From: Balanoglossus misakiensis
Lineage: Eukaryota > Animalia > Hemichordata
Length of the DNA: 64,000 bases
Direction: 5' to 3'
Assembly (NCBI GenBank): GCA_040954595.2
Contig: CM082582.2
Coordinates: 5,936,303 to 6,000,302 of the forward strand
The first letter of the stretch is position 1. The number at the start of each line of letters is the position of its first letter. The position numbers and the translations under genes are program-made. Below the pieces are notes generated by a model that saw only the letters and a program-made list of their open reading frames with translations, was not told where the DNA came from and made no database searches. Of the stretch, positions 1-15,200 are shown piece after piece.

Positions 1-49
1 TGTAAACGGGGGCGAAGGGTTTAATGTAATTGGCATTCATGAAAAGTTA

Positions 50-2708
<2,659 letters not shown>

Positions 2709-4213
2709 CTTGGACTGTGTGCAGAAATTGGAAAATTCTTATTGTTGAACAAGTGGTATATGACACAAGCCTAGAAATTCCCCCCCCCCTCCCTAAATTT
2801 GAGAAAAGAGGAACCACCCCCTTCTTCATGTCATCATGGATGAAACACTACATTAAACTGTTATATCCATTTACAATCCACTACTAGTTCATCATTATTT
2901 TATAGACTGATATAATAAGGTACGGTATATGCTGTGTGTGGTGCAGGGGCTGCGCACACTTTTCCTAGACTCTTCTTGGTTACTTGGCCTTGAGGTCCAC
3001 ATATCTATTTGTTGTGGATGTGGTTATTTTCTGTAGGGTTTAGAGGTTTTATTTAAATGTCATCTGTCTACTTTTTTATTATCTTAGATGTGTTACTTTG
3101 AGTTCATAAACATTAGCAGTAGCACAGTAAGGTCATGGTCATGGCCGGCAAATCTAAATATAAAGGGTCCCATCAGTTTCACTGAAGTCATTTCTGTGAA
3201 GGCACTAAGTAATTAGATGTTTTTAATGCATGCATACTCTGTTTCAATATGCATGACAAATGATTCCTCACCTCGGTAGAAGGGACCATTTAAACTAGTT
3301 TATATGATCCACAACTAAATTCTTCAGTTAAGACAATCTTCTTCCAGTAGACCTTAAAAATAAAAGTTTACAAATAAAATCAAGATTATGTGTGACCATT
3401 TCTGCTATTTTTACAATGTTTCACGTAATATATGACCTAAGGCGCTGTTTTTGTACAAAATCATAACTAGTGTTTTCTTTGTAAACGCAGAGTTTCCATT
3501 TGGAACAATAGCAGTGTCACTTCTCCAGACAACTTTGCAAATCTGCCTGAAATTTGGAAATCAACAACATTAACAGGTCATCAATGGACCAGAATATCTC
3601 TGAAAGGTCATTTCTGTAAATATTAAATAGTGTGGGACTCAAACTACAACACTGTTTGTCCCAACTTTTGATTCAAACATGTCAAAGTAATCTACAACAA
3701 GGCCACGAAAAAAACTCACGCATGCGCAGACGACATCGAACTGCATCTTTACATCTTGATGATACAAGCGTCTGCATCAAACTTGATGACACGAACAGCG
3801 CAAAAAATGGCAGTATTTATCACTTTCTGGAAATAAATGAGAACTTACCGTGCCGGTTGATCGCACTGAGTTGTGAAGAATCAAAATGAGTTATGCTTTT
3901 CTGCCATGAAAGCAAAGGTGATGGCAGGTCGTGCAGTGATGTATATGCAAATCGCAAAATGATGGCGTATCCTCCCTACAGTACAAAAGCGATGTGATGT
4001 GATTCAGGATGCGATGTGATGTTCCATACGTACCGTTCGTTAAGCCACTGCCCCTGAGTATTGAAGATAACTAAACGACGTGTACTCCTGGTTTCCAGCG
4101 AATGACGAAACCGCTGACGCCGATAAAGAAATCACCAACGAAGCGGTTTCGTCTAGCTGTTCTCCTCCATCACTACATGGGAGGTCGGGAATGGGGGAAA
4201 TGGTATATTGTTG

Positions 4214-4225
4214 TGCGCATGCGCA
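4214..4225. promoter_or_regulatory. NRF1-type palindrome TGCGCATGCGCA in the putative NALCN promoter
   Basis: Perfect TGCGCATGCGCA in a CpG-richer segment upstream of NALCN; a related CGCATGCGCA lies near 3719-3728. Candidate minus-strand 5' UTR donors near 4032 (GTACG) and 3848 (GTAAGT). Confidence 0.55.
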
Positions 4226-6048
4226 ATTACCGTGCTACGCTTTCGGCCTATTTGTGAGAAGAATGTTTTTTTGCAATTTTTTTACCCGCAAGAATGTCTC
4301 GAAACTTTAGCAACTGGAACCATAGACCCCGCAACTCTCACATCTGCATGGCCCGCTTGCGAAATTACCGTTGCTATTCACAGTCGATGACAATTTGTCC
4401 TAATTCTTTGCTTTGGAAACCACAGACAGCACATGAAAATTATGTGTGGGGGCCATTGCAAGGTTGTCTTTCTTGCACTTTCAGAGACTTTTGCAGTAGT
4501 CAGGGTCGTCTTATTTCTATTTTCCGAGAAAACAATATGAATATGAATTAATTTTTTGGACACATTCATTTACTTGTAGCAGTCAAGATCATCAAGGATT
4601 GCACATATTTCAGAACATGTTACATTTTTCATTTACAGCAAGTGGCTATAAAATATTACAAGTAGACACGTGGAAGATTTGTATTTAGATCCTATATGGG
4701 TCAGTGGAAAAATGCACAAAGTTTTGTCCTCAGTGTTGCATACAGAGTTAGTTTTAGCTATTAATTTAAAAAACCTACAGCCACTAGACATGAAATTGAA
4801 AATGAGGGCTGCTCAGCTGGAGGGTGATACTTTAAACTCTTTCAACACCTAAGTCAAGTTGTCATCGTCCATGTAACTTTTCAAACTTATTTTCTAAATT
4901 TTGATCAAGAAATGTATGCAATGGGAAGTTATGTCCACTTGGTCCAAAATAAGGGGGAAAATTAGAGATAAATATGCAAAACGTGAGCAAATGTTGCACC
5001 AGCATTTTGGTGTTCAAAGGGAAGAGACTCATACGCAGAACACTAGAAAGAAACTTCTAAAAAAAATTAAAGATCAGCACAACGTATCTGTGTTTAACTT
5101 TGCCTGCATTCTTTTTTTCCAGACAAATTCTTTATTATTGACAGATTCCAATAATAAAAAGTGATGCAAATAACAGATTAATTCTGACATTTCAAAATAC
5201 AGATATAAAAACTTGTATAAAATTTGGCTTTAGAGCACACTCAAAATACAAACAAAACACTATTGTTCAAAAATGGGGAAAAACATACCACCACAGCTCT
5301 GAAAACATAGGTGATAAAACTACACTAGTAATCAAAAAGAAAATAATGATAACTACATCACACTACTTAAAATTAGCCATTCAACAATATAACATTTGCA
5401 AATGATGCGGTCTTTACTAAACTCATTACAAGGTCAGAGGTAGACAAAAACACTATAAAAGTATACTAGGGGGCATTATCAACATACTCCTTAAGTTTGT
5501 GGTAACAGCTCTGTTGCTAGCCATGAATGTATCCAACGTACATCTAGAAAGAAATTTTGTTCAATAAATCATTAAAAAAGTATGTGCTTTGGTTTATTGA
5601 ATGACAAAAAAAAGGTAAAAGAAATTTAAGTATTTGCCTTTGATTCTGGTTGCTCGTTTTTTGTATTCTATAAATATCTACTGTTACATGTACTATCTCA
5701 AAATTTCTCTTTTCCTTTCTGGTAAACATAGACAACACTGTGCTTGAAAACCCCACTTCTACTATTGTCATTTCCATGAAGTTTCACACATAAGCTCAGC
5801 CGAGTGAAAATAAATTCAGTGGTAGAATAAAACCATATGGTCACTCTGCTCAATTTTGAGATAACCTTTTTGAATGTGTTCACCCACAGAAAAACCATTG
5901 GTGAAAAAACGCTAAATAATTCACAGCCTTGTATTTCAAAAACAAGCATGGTGACCCCCTATACTTTATTACAGATTTTTATTATACTTACAAAGGAGAA
6001 TCCTAAAATCCAAATGATAATACTTTCAGTTTTACCGATCGTACATCC

Positions 6049-6141
6049 TTAACCCTTTCATCCCCGTTTCCCTCTTAAGAGGTCCAAACTTACCATAGAA
6101 AAGGGCGGGTTTGGACTGAACCATGGTGGTGAAAGGGTTAA
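6049..6141. mobile_element. ~90-bp TTAA-flanked MITE (piggyBac-like, TIR CCCTTTCA)
   Basis: TTAACCCTTTCA...GGTGAAAGGGTTAA; internal sequence shared with copies at 25831, 38221, 39663 and 53575. Confidence 0.8.
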
Positions 6142-7062
6142 ATAATTTTTATACACAAAGCTGACATTGCTCCATTTACAAATTCACTGAAATGTAAAAA
6201 GCTCCCCCATAACCAACCCAATGAATCACTCTACAAGTCCCAGCTTTCTGATTGGACGACCTTAGTCCAATCAGAAACGGTGTAAGAAGAGCTAGGCCAT
6301 TGCCTTCTGCTGTTATGTCAATTGTTCTCACAAGGTTGTCTCTGATTGGACACTGACAGTCTACAACAGGTGTGCACTCTGGGTACAGAAATGTTACAAG
6401 TACAAGATCAGGTCTTCCGAGGCACTGCAGGCCAGGTGTTACTTCGCCTAATATCGCATTAACAGAGTGCAAATTCTTCAATGTTTGTATACTACAACAG
6501 GAGGAAAAAGCTTCATGGAACCATAGACGAAATCAGAGCACTATTGAAATTTGTTCCATTTTCAGAGCAAGTTCATATTTACAGTATATACATGCTTTAT
6601 ATAAGTTGTGTAATGTCTTCAAATATATCACAGAAAAGAATAAATAGTAGAAAATATTTAAAATTGGTTTATCTCGTGTCAGCTTAGTATCCATAGAAAC
6701 CCTTTTTAGCAGATTTCAGGACTGTAATCCCACAGAAAGTTTGGCCAAGTTTCCTACCGTTTCTATGTGGGGTAGTATTCAAAGCACAGTACCATCACAA
6801 GAATGACATTATCAATATCTCACATAGAATCCCTCATCTCAAAGTGTTGCACGGTACATAAAATTTGACAAGACCTGTTTGTACAGAGCTGTGCAACGTG
6901 AAGGTTGTACCTGCTGTTCTACAGTGATAAGTAGGTGTGTGTTATACCGCTTTCTGTCCTTGATGATGTGTGCATATCAAAAACATGGATCCCACCATCG
7001 CATGTATTTTGCTTTCTTGAGGTGGTGGGGTCACTTTTCAGAGCGTCTCTCCATTTCCCGTT

Positions 7063-7151
7063 TTAACCCTTTCACTCCATTTCTCCCCGGGATAAAATAC
7101 AATTTGCCACTGGGAATAGTGGACTTTAACCACAGGTGTGAAAAGATTTAA
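7063..7151. mobile_element. Degenerate copy of the TTAA-CCCTTTCA MITE
   Basis: TTAACCCTTTCACTCC...GTGTGAAAAGATTTAA; same length as the other copies. Confidence 0.6.
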
Positions 7152-9264
7152 GTCAGCAGGTATATATCTTCAGTACGGCCTTCTATCTTTAGAAAATAAA
7201 ATATTCAACTGATAAACGCAATTGCATCTTGCATGGTTTTGCACTATGAAAGTGTTTCAGAGCAAACACATCCACCCAGCCACTTGGACAATGATTTACT
7301 TTTCATGATTTCAGTCTGTGACGTTTCCATATCAAACAACCGTGGTGAACCAGTGATCCAAAGTTTGCTAGAGATAAATCTATTTTCATATCTTACACCT
7401 TCCAAAGGAAACAAGTTAAGTAGCTCATAAAATATCAGTTTGCTTACAGGTGGCTGGAATCAACACCTGAACCAATAAATTCTCCACGGTTTCTTCACAT
7501 AATTTCAAGGTCATCCATTTTCGTCAAATCCAAGTTCATACATTCACACCACTTGAATTAAGCAAAACACAATCTAAATATATCGATATTCCTCAAAATG
7601 TCAGGTTTTATCTGCACTCAAGACACTGTTCAACTCTAAATTTAACTGTGCATTTTCAGCGGGAAAAGTCAGAAAACTTCAACTTTGTTGCACAGAATAG
7701 CAAGTGCCCAAGTCACATTTACCCATCTACCACTCATCTTTGGTCCGACCCAAAAGACTTCAAGCAGAGCTGTTGGACTTTCACACTTGGGAAAGGGGGG
7801 GGGAGGGGGAATGAAAGCTGCATCATGTATGTCAGACAAGCAGATTACAAATAAAATAACAGTTGCAGTTTGGAATGTAAATTTTGGCTTGCATAAAGTA
7901 ATTTGAGAAAACATACAGGTTTTAAGGCTAAAAAAATTGTGCCATCTTTTCATGGAGCTGAAGCAAACGAAGTACCAGATACACATCATAAAACCAATTT
8001 CAGGGTACCACATAAACTACATGCTAGTTCATGTTAATTTCAAACGTGATTCAAACTATCACAAGATTAATAGAATCATGAAGTCACCTTTGTGAAAGGA
8101 TTTCCACATCGCAATCTACTAAGACCACATTCAAGTGGTATACCTTGCAAAATTGTTACAGTGTGCTACATACACAAGGAATTCAATGCATGAAAACCTG
8201 CCATCATACCTGTAAGTACATAGCCAACACATGACTGATTCAAATGCCCAGAAATTGTCCGAACTAACTGTACACCACGAGGCAGTTCACTTCTGATGTA
8301 CCTTAGTCGTGCAAGATTCTTACACAACTATTTTTGATTTGTGCACATAAAACAACACCAAGCAATCATCTCTTTTCACTTCACTGATCAACAAATGGCG
8401 GATTTTCTCCATAACAGTCTGTTTCTCAAAGCAAGGGTTACTAATTAGGCAAAATTTAATGCTCCTAACGCCAACAACAAAAGCTTCTGCAAACAAAGGG
8501 CTTTGCATATTTTTTTGCCGAGAAAGAATATTGCCCGTACCAAGTGATGGATGCTAAGTCTGCCAAGTGGAAAGTGACAGTGCCTGCCAACTGACAAATA
8601 TTGTGTATAATGATTGCAATTACATCATACCCAGTGATGACAGTATTCTCCTCGGTTCTGAAGAAACGACTTAGCAGGGTAATTTGCATACTCATTTGCA
8701 TGTAATTTGCATGTCTATTCAGAGACTAATAATCGAGTGTGACACCATGTCTCTCTACAATGCGATGTCTTGAGACTTGACTGATGATGGGAAATGGTGA
8801 GTAAGTGTCAGAATCAGCAAAATCTCAGACAGAAAGTCAACAACGATGAAATGAGCAAGGCAGGACAGCACAATACAGGGAGAAGCAGATGAAAAGGGGG
8901 GGGGGGGTGTTTTCTCCCTTCTCAAAAAAAAACCGGGGAGAACACTGCCATACTTTCAAAACTTGAAGATAAAACCAGCAGAATATCAATATTTAACTCA
9001 ATACCTCGGAAGTGATGAAATAAAACAATGTACTGTGAAAGTACACCGGGTGCCACGACTAAAACTGTACAACGTTTTAAATACGCAAATAAAAGTAAAC
9101 ACTGATAATTTAAGGACACAGTTTTGGTATACCCTAAATCTTTGTACGCGACTCCTTGTCACTTTTTCGATGCCATTGCACAGCAGACTCTCTCTCTCTC
9201 ACTCTCTCTCTCAAGACGACGGATGGCCTGCGGAAACCCAATTCCGGACCATGACCTTTGACCG

Positions 9265-12200
9265 TCACAGGTCATCGTCGCCGTCCCTGTAAAGCGTCCC
9301 GCTGCGGGCCAGTTCGTCCAGCTCCTCGGGCTGTACTCTTTTGTGCTGGGACCGGAGGGAGACGATCGACTTGTTGGAGCGGTTCGACTTGGACGAGCGG
9401 TTGGACTTCATGCTGCGGCTGCGCGACGACGCCCGCTTCAGCAGGTTCTGGCTGATGGAGCGGTGGAGATTCTTGAGGCTGGACGTGCCCGCGTTGGTGG
9501 CCAGCCACGGGTGCTTGATCGACTGCGAGGCCGTCATCCGGTCTTGCGGCTGAACGGTCAGCAACTTGAAGATGAAGTCCTTCGCCAGGTTGGAAACATC
9601 CTTCCAGCACTGGAAATGAGAACACAAAAAAGTATTTAATAAATGAAAATACAGTGGTATAAACCAAATATCAGCACAATCTTGTATCCCAATTTCCCAG
9701 TCAAAATATTTCAACTCCATGACATTATACACAGAAAAAATGTTCAGATTTTGGAGCCAGGGCATAAAATAGATTTTATATCTTTAAAATATCAGTTTTC
9801 ACAGATAAGTGAAGCCAACAAGACAGTTATAATTATTTCAAAACACAAAAGGGAAAACTGCACCACTTGTTGAAACTGAACCCGTTGTTATGAGGGTACA
9901 AAGTGGAAGGCTAGTTACAGTAGGCACCCAGGTGACACAGGGACTGAGGGACCTATCATGTGCGCCCTCTATTGATGAAAGGCTTTGTACTTCAAGAGTA
10001 CTCATCACCCCAATTGTACACGGGAATACTACTACACCAATTCAAGCAAGATAAGTATTTCAAAATATAGTCAATTTTACAGCACACAAAGCTTAGTGCA
10101 ATGAACAATGAAATATTCGCAACATGATTGAAAATTTTGAATTTCATTACTCGGTCAGAAAAAAAATATTTACTTGCTGCCCATGTTGGTTTGTCCAAAA
10201 ATGAGGACACAAATTTTTCCTGACTGGCAGAAGGCAATCTCTTTTTAATTAACCTCAGACTGCCAAGCTGATAATTTTTTTCCCACACATGTGGAGTTGC
10301 AAACATGACTGGTAAAATTGCTCTGGACATCAAAAAAAATTGTAACAAAATGGCTGCCCAGCGGCCATATTGGATTGCATTGCGACAAATATGCATATGC
10401 ACGTCATTTTAAACTGTCCCGATACCAAATTTGAATGATAACTTTCAAGAAAGTCTGGCAATCTTGAATAGATGTATCTATCTTTATAACAATTTTTCTG
10501 TCTACAAAAAACAAAGTCTTTTCTTGCTTGCAATGCTTGACATACATGTACATGTATTGACAAAACTGGTAATAATTTTAGCATCAAATACGCACAATTT
10601 ATGCATAAACATGACCTTTGAAAATATCTCATAATTACTTGATTTAGTTGATTATACAGAAAAACAAATCTGAAGAATAAAAGGCCCCATTCAAATTAGA
10701 TCACACTGCGAAACAATGGAAATGTATAAATGTTCCTTTGTTCTCTGTCCTTGTAGTTAGTTTTGAAAGTAATTGGTTCAGCCATGTTTGTGTAATGGCT
10801 CTCAGACATCATCAGAAATAAAATCACCATTAGGGCCACACTGAGAAAAAACAAAATGATGGGCATATGAATACTGTACACAGTCCTTCTTCCCACTTGG
10901 AAGGAAATCGCTAAAGCAAGTCTGCACGGACGCACACCCACACACGGACAGACAGAGCCAAAGTTACAAGTCCCTATTCAAGATCCTGTCCCCGCGGGAC
11001 TAAAAACAACACGGGCGAACCACACATGGCGTAAATATTTCTGGCGGAGGCACTTGTCCTACTTTCTGGACACTCGCGCTGAACAAATACATTATGCAGC
11101 TGTGTGTTTACCCGGCCAAACAAAGAAAGGCACAAGTGCAAAATCATGTGAATCCACAGACTAGGGATGCCAAACAGCTTAAGCTCATTCCCAAGGCTTC
11201 AAAGCGGGAAGGAAAAAAAAAATCGGCGCTCGTTTTTCGACATGTGCGACCGACGAGACACGCCGGCAGGAGACGTTACACACGTTGTGACTGAGACTTT
11301 CTGGGAGGGTCAGACTTCAGAGTGTGTGCGCCATTGTCCGCCCAACACAAGTTTACTGAAGGAAGCAGAAACAATGAATTGTTTTGACTTTCGATACAAT
11401 GAAGCCCCGGCCAGTGAGCTGACCTTTCATGGTCTGAGATAGAGGAATAAACACGGGGCCTATTGAGCCGTCTTTTAATGCTATGCCACTGACGTCCATT
11501 CTTTGCACAGTGCCCTCTTACATAACCAAAGTGCTGGTATGTAGCCCCGCACAAAAGGGGAGAACGCTAAATGCAATGACCTACCAAATGAACAATTACA
11601 CTGCCCAATCTTGTTCATTGTGAGAGAGCCCTTTCAACCCTTGAACCAGCACACTTTGGTACAGTCCAACAGTTGCTGGTGGTGGTACGACCGGGCCAAT
11701 ACACAGAGAAACGGGGGTGAACGGGCTAAAGCTATTTTTCTGATATTTCAGGGTCTCTTAGCTTAGACGTTTTCGCCACTTTCTTGAACCTGGGTACACA
11801 GGAAGACGACTTTGGGGTGGACAATGGGGTCTTGGAGGGAAACCAACAGAAAGGTTGTCAGCATTCAGGAGCGTACGGCAATGCACTTGTCTGCACTCCT
11901 CTCAATGGGGGCCCATATTATGACAAGAAACAAAAGGTCCAATTTCTGCTATGTAAATTACCACTTGTTAAGATGTCTCTCACAGATTTCACCGCAAAGC
12001 AGCATTACATCAAGAGCATTTTTCAATTGTTCAGAAGAACCAGTTGTTGGACCGCTTGCTAACAAAGAGCTGACATAAGAACGTGGTTGAACTGAGGGCA
12101 AAAACTATTGGCCAGATTTATAAAGTTTTAACATGAGAAAATTTGATTAGTATCTGCGTCTGACCTTCAAGTATGTATGTGCAACAAGCACACAGTGATC

Positions 12201-15200
12201 ACACAGTTATATTAAAATGCATAATTATGCATATGCAATGCATCATTAACACACTGATTTCAGAGTGCCTATACATACACGTACATGTACTTGTGAAAGA
12301 TGTTAATAAGGACAGTGTCTGAATCTTGGCTGGTGTTTTCAGTATTTTTGTACTGTGGTACCAACTGCACTTTCCCATAGCATATTGAAATTCGGTTTGA
12401 CTTGTACGTTTCTAAGATGTATTAGTTTAGCCACTTGTACACACTTGCTGGATCTGGTAAATGACTTGAACACGAATGTCCCATCCTACTGCCAAGTACA
12501 GTCAACTTGATATTCAGCTAAGCTTGCTGTCTGGCCCTGCGATCTGCTAGAGAGCATAGGTTTCCAGCCAAGAACCGGCCCAGCATAGCAAATCAGGCGT
12601 TCTCTGCCAGAGCACAGCGTCCGACACGCTAAGAATCGGTGTCGCGGATCTGCTCAGCAAGACTCTAGGGTTTCCAGGGTGTGCAACTCTCTCAGACGGG
12701 GTAACCTACCCCCTCCGCACCGGAAAGATCCGGTGATCCCCAATAAACCCAAAGGCGTGCAAAAAATGCGCCACCAGAATAACAGTATAAGTAACGTGAT
12801 CGTCATGCGACACACGCCAGTGCACAGAAACAATGAAAAATTGTCACACAAACATGAAAAAACTCCAGAAATGCAAAACCTAATCATCAAGTAATAACAA
12901 AATTGTACATTCATAGCCTCGAGCGCTGTTCGCTGCATAACCTGACCACTGCAATATTTACATGCAGCAATAATTTTAGGTACTTTTCTCCGATATATCA
13001 TGGATACGATCAGCCTGTCTGAACATTCTTCGTCAGACTTAAGGATTATCGAACATATATCTACTAGCAAGTTCTCATTTTACACTCTGTTGCTGTAATC
13101 ATGATTTTTTTACCCTACATAATCCACTATTCTTCAGGTTTTTTTAAGTCCCGAGATTATTAGACAGAAAGTCCAATTGTCAGAATAATAATCCATGCAT
13201 AGACAACATTCCAGTGGTATGCTCAGATTCCTCTACTAATGCTGGCTGCATGTACAGCCTTGAGTTTACGTTACAGCATTTCTGAGTGACTTGACTGACA
13301 GCTCGACTTGTTGGGACTTCTCCCTGCCATCCAACAAGATTTATGGGAAACGCTAAAATGTCTGCTCTCACATTACGGCATAATTTACGCCACACACACA
13401 TGTAGGCGGTCTGAATCACACACCTCACACTTGGCGATTCTCACAATGCCGTTTACCACACCTGTGGCCAGAGGGCACGCACTTTTCTCAGGAAAAACAA
13501 ACACTGCGCCAGAAATGACCTACACCAGATAATGCATTTATGATTTCGAGCACGTCGGGATAATTCTCATATCAGTACATTCCAGGTTAAGATTTCAAAC
13601 ACTTTCAATAGACTACCATCACCTTACTGTAATTTTCTGATCAATAATCACCACAAATTTATTTCGTAATTCTCACTTTGACATTGCGTCTTCGATAAAC
13701 ATGTCACTATATATAGGTCAGCGACTTAATGCTCCCGGCAAGTCTCGGCTGAGAATTCACAAACGTGTGATGTTATGGCCAGGGGAAGCACCTACTTCAT
13801 TATTTCTCGCTAAAGTAGCTGGAGCGGTATAAAGGGGATGCAACACAGCTGATATTTGCAGCAAACCTTATCTGTAATTGCTCATTTTTCTACATATTAC
13901 ACCAAAGTCTCGATATGTACGTAAACCATCTATCAGCTACATGTGTATTAGAATAAGACACACATCTCTGTAGCTGATGCAGTAAAACTCTGGTGGTGTC
14001 TAATAAACTGATAGCTGGTTGCCATACATGTTTTATAAGTAAACTAGAATGAATATTGCTACAACAATATTCATCCTAGTTCACTAGCAGCTATCCAGAA
14101 CATGTACATTTGCATTATAATATTCCCAACAGTTTCCCTACATGTATTAAAAGTTTGAGGTGACTTGTCATATCTCCCTCACTTGTTTTAATTTCCGCCT
14201 TTCAATGTCACCATGAACAGGTCACAAGCAGTGTTGAAAGGTCTCACTGCAATGAACATGCATCCACAGAAATGCATAACTATTTTGTGCGTACATGTAT
14301 GTATGTTGTGTTGCTCCATGCAACCACACAGTACCAATGGCTTGCTTTCAAGTAGAAATATCTATTCAAAATGTAGATGGCCTACCCCCTCTTCTAACCA
14401 AACATCGAACAGGAAACCTGATGTAAACACAAATTCATCAGTGCGTTTCCTGTAAAGGTTACAAGTGTACATCTTGGGAGTTTTCCACCCAAAGGTGACA
14501 GACAATGTAAGCTACAATGATGCAAGTGAACATTACACAAAAGTACATCACATATTCTTAGTCAAACTGACATCACATTTCAACCCTTGTGTGTATAAAT
14601 TACATGTTCGCTTTTGTTTGTACGAAATTATGTTTTATCAATGTGAACCCAACTACATGTAGTACCGTACTTCATGTACTGGGGTTCATATCGATAGAAT
14701 ATAATTTCATTTCACATAAATCTGCTGTGGGGTGAGGTGGGGGTCCAATTCCACTGAATAATGAGATGCTCAAAAGAGTTCCTTGGATTTAGGAATATTT
14801 ACACAAAACTCTGTGTTCGAGGTTTGGGTAAAAGGGCACACTTCTGAATATAGCCACCCATGTACATATTGCAACCAGCTTCATAAATAACTGTCGACAG
14901 TTGCAGGTAAGTAAGCAGATGGATTACAGAGGCACAATTCAGAGGGGTTTTCAAGGTAACTTGAAGAAACCCACTTCTCATCAATTTAACGTCTCGCCTC
15001 ATTCCATGTTGGCTTTTTCGAAACTTGACTCCTTTGGGAAACTGGGGAGTGGTTCCATAATTACTCTTTGTTTATTCAGCTAAAATAAATTTTTCCAACA
15101 GATTAAAAAAAAAATTCTCATCTTGAAAACACATTCAATTCCTGTTTGTGAATTTCTGTCTTCAATACATGTACATGGTCAACACAGCTAGATGAAAATA

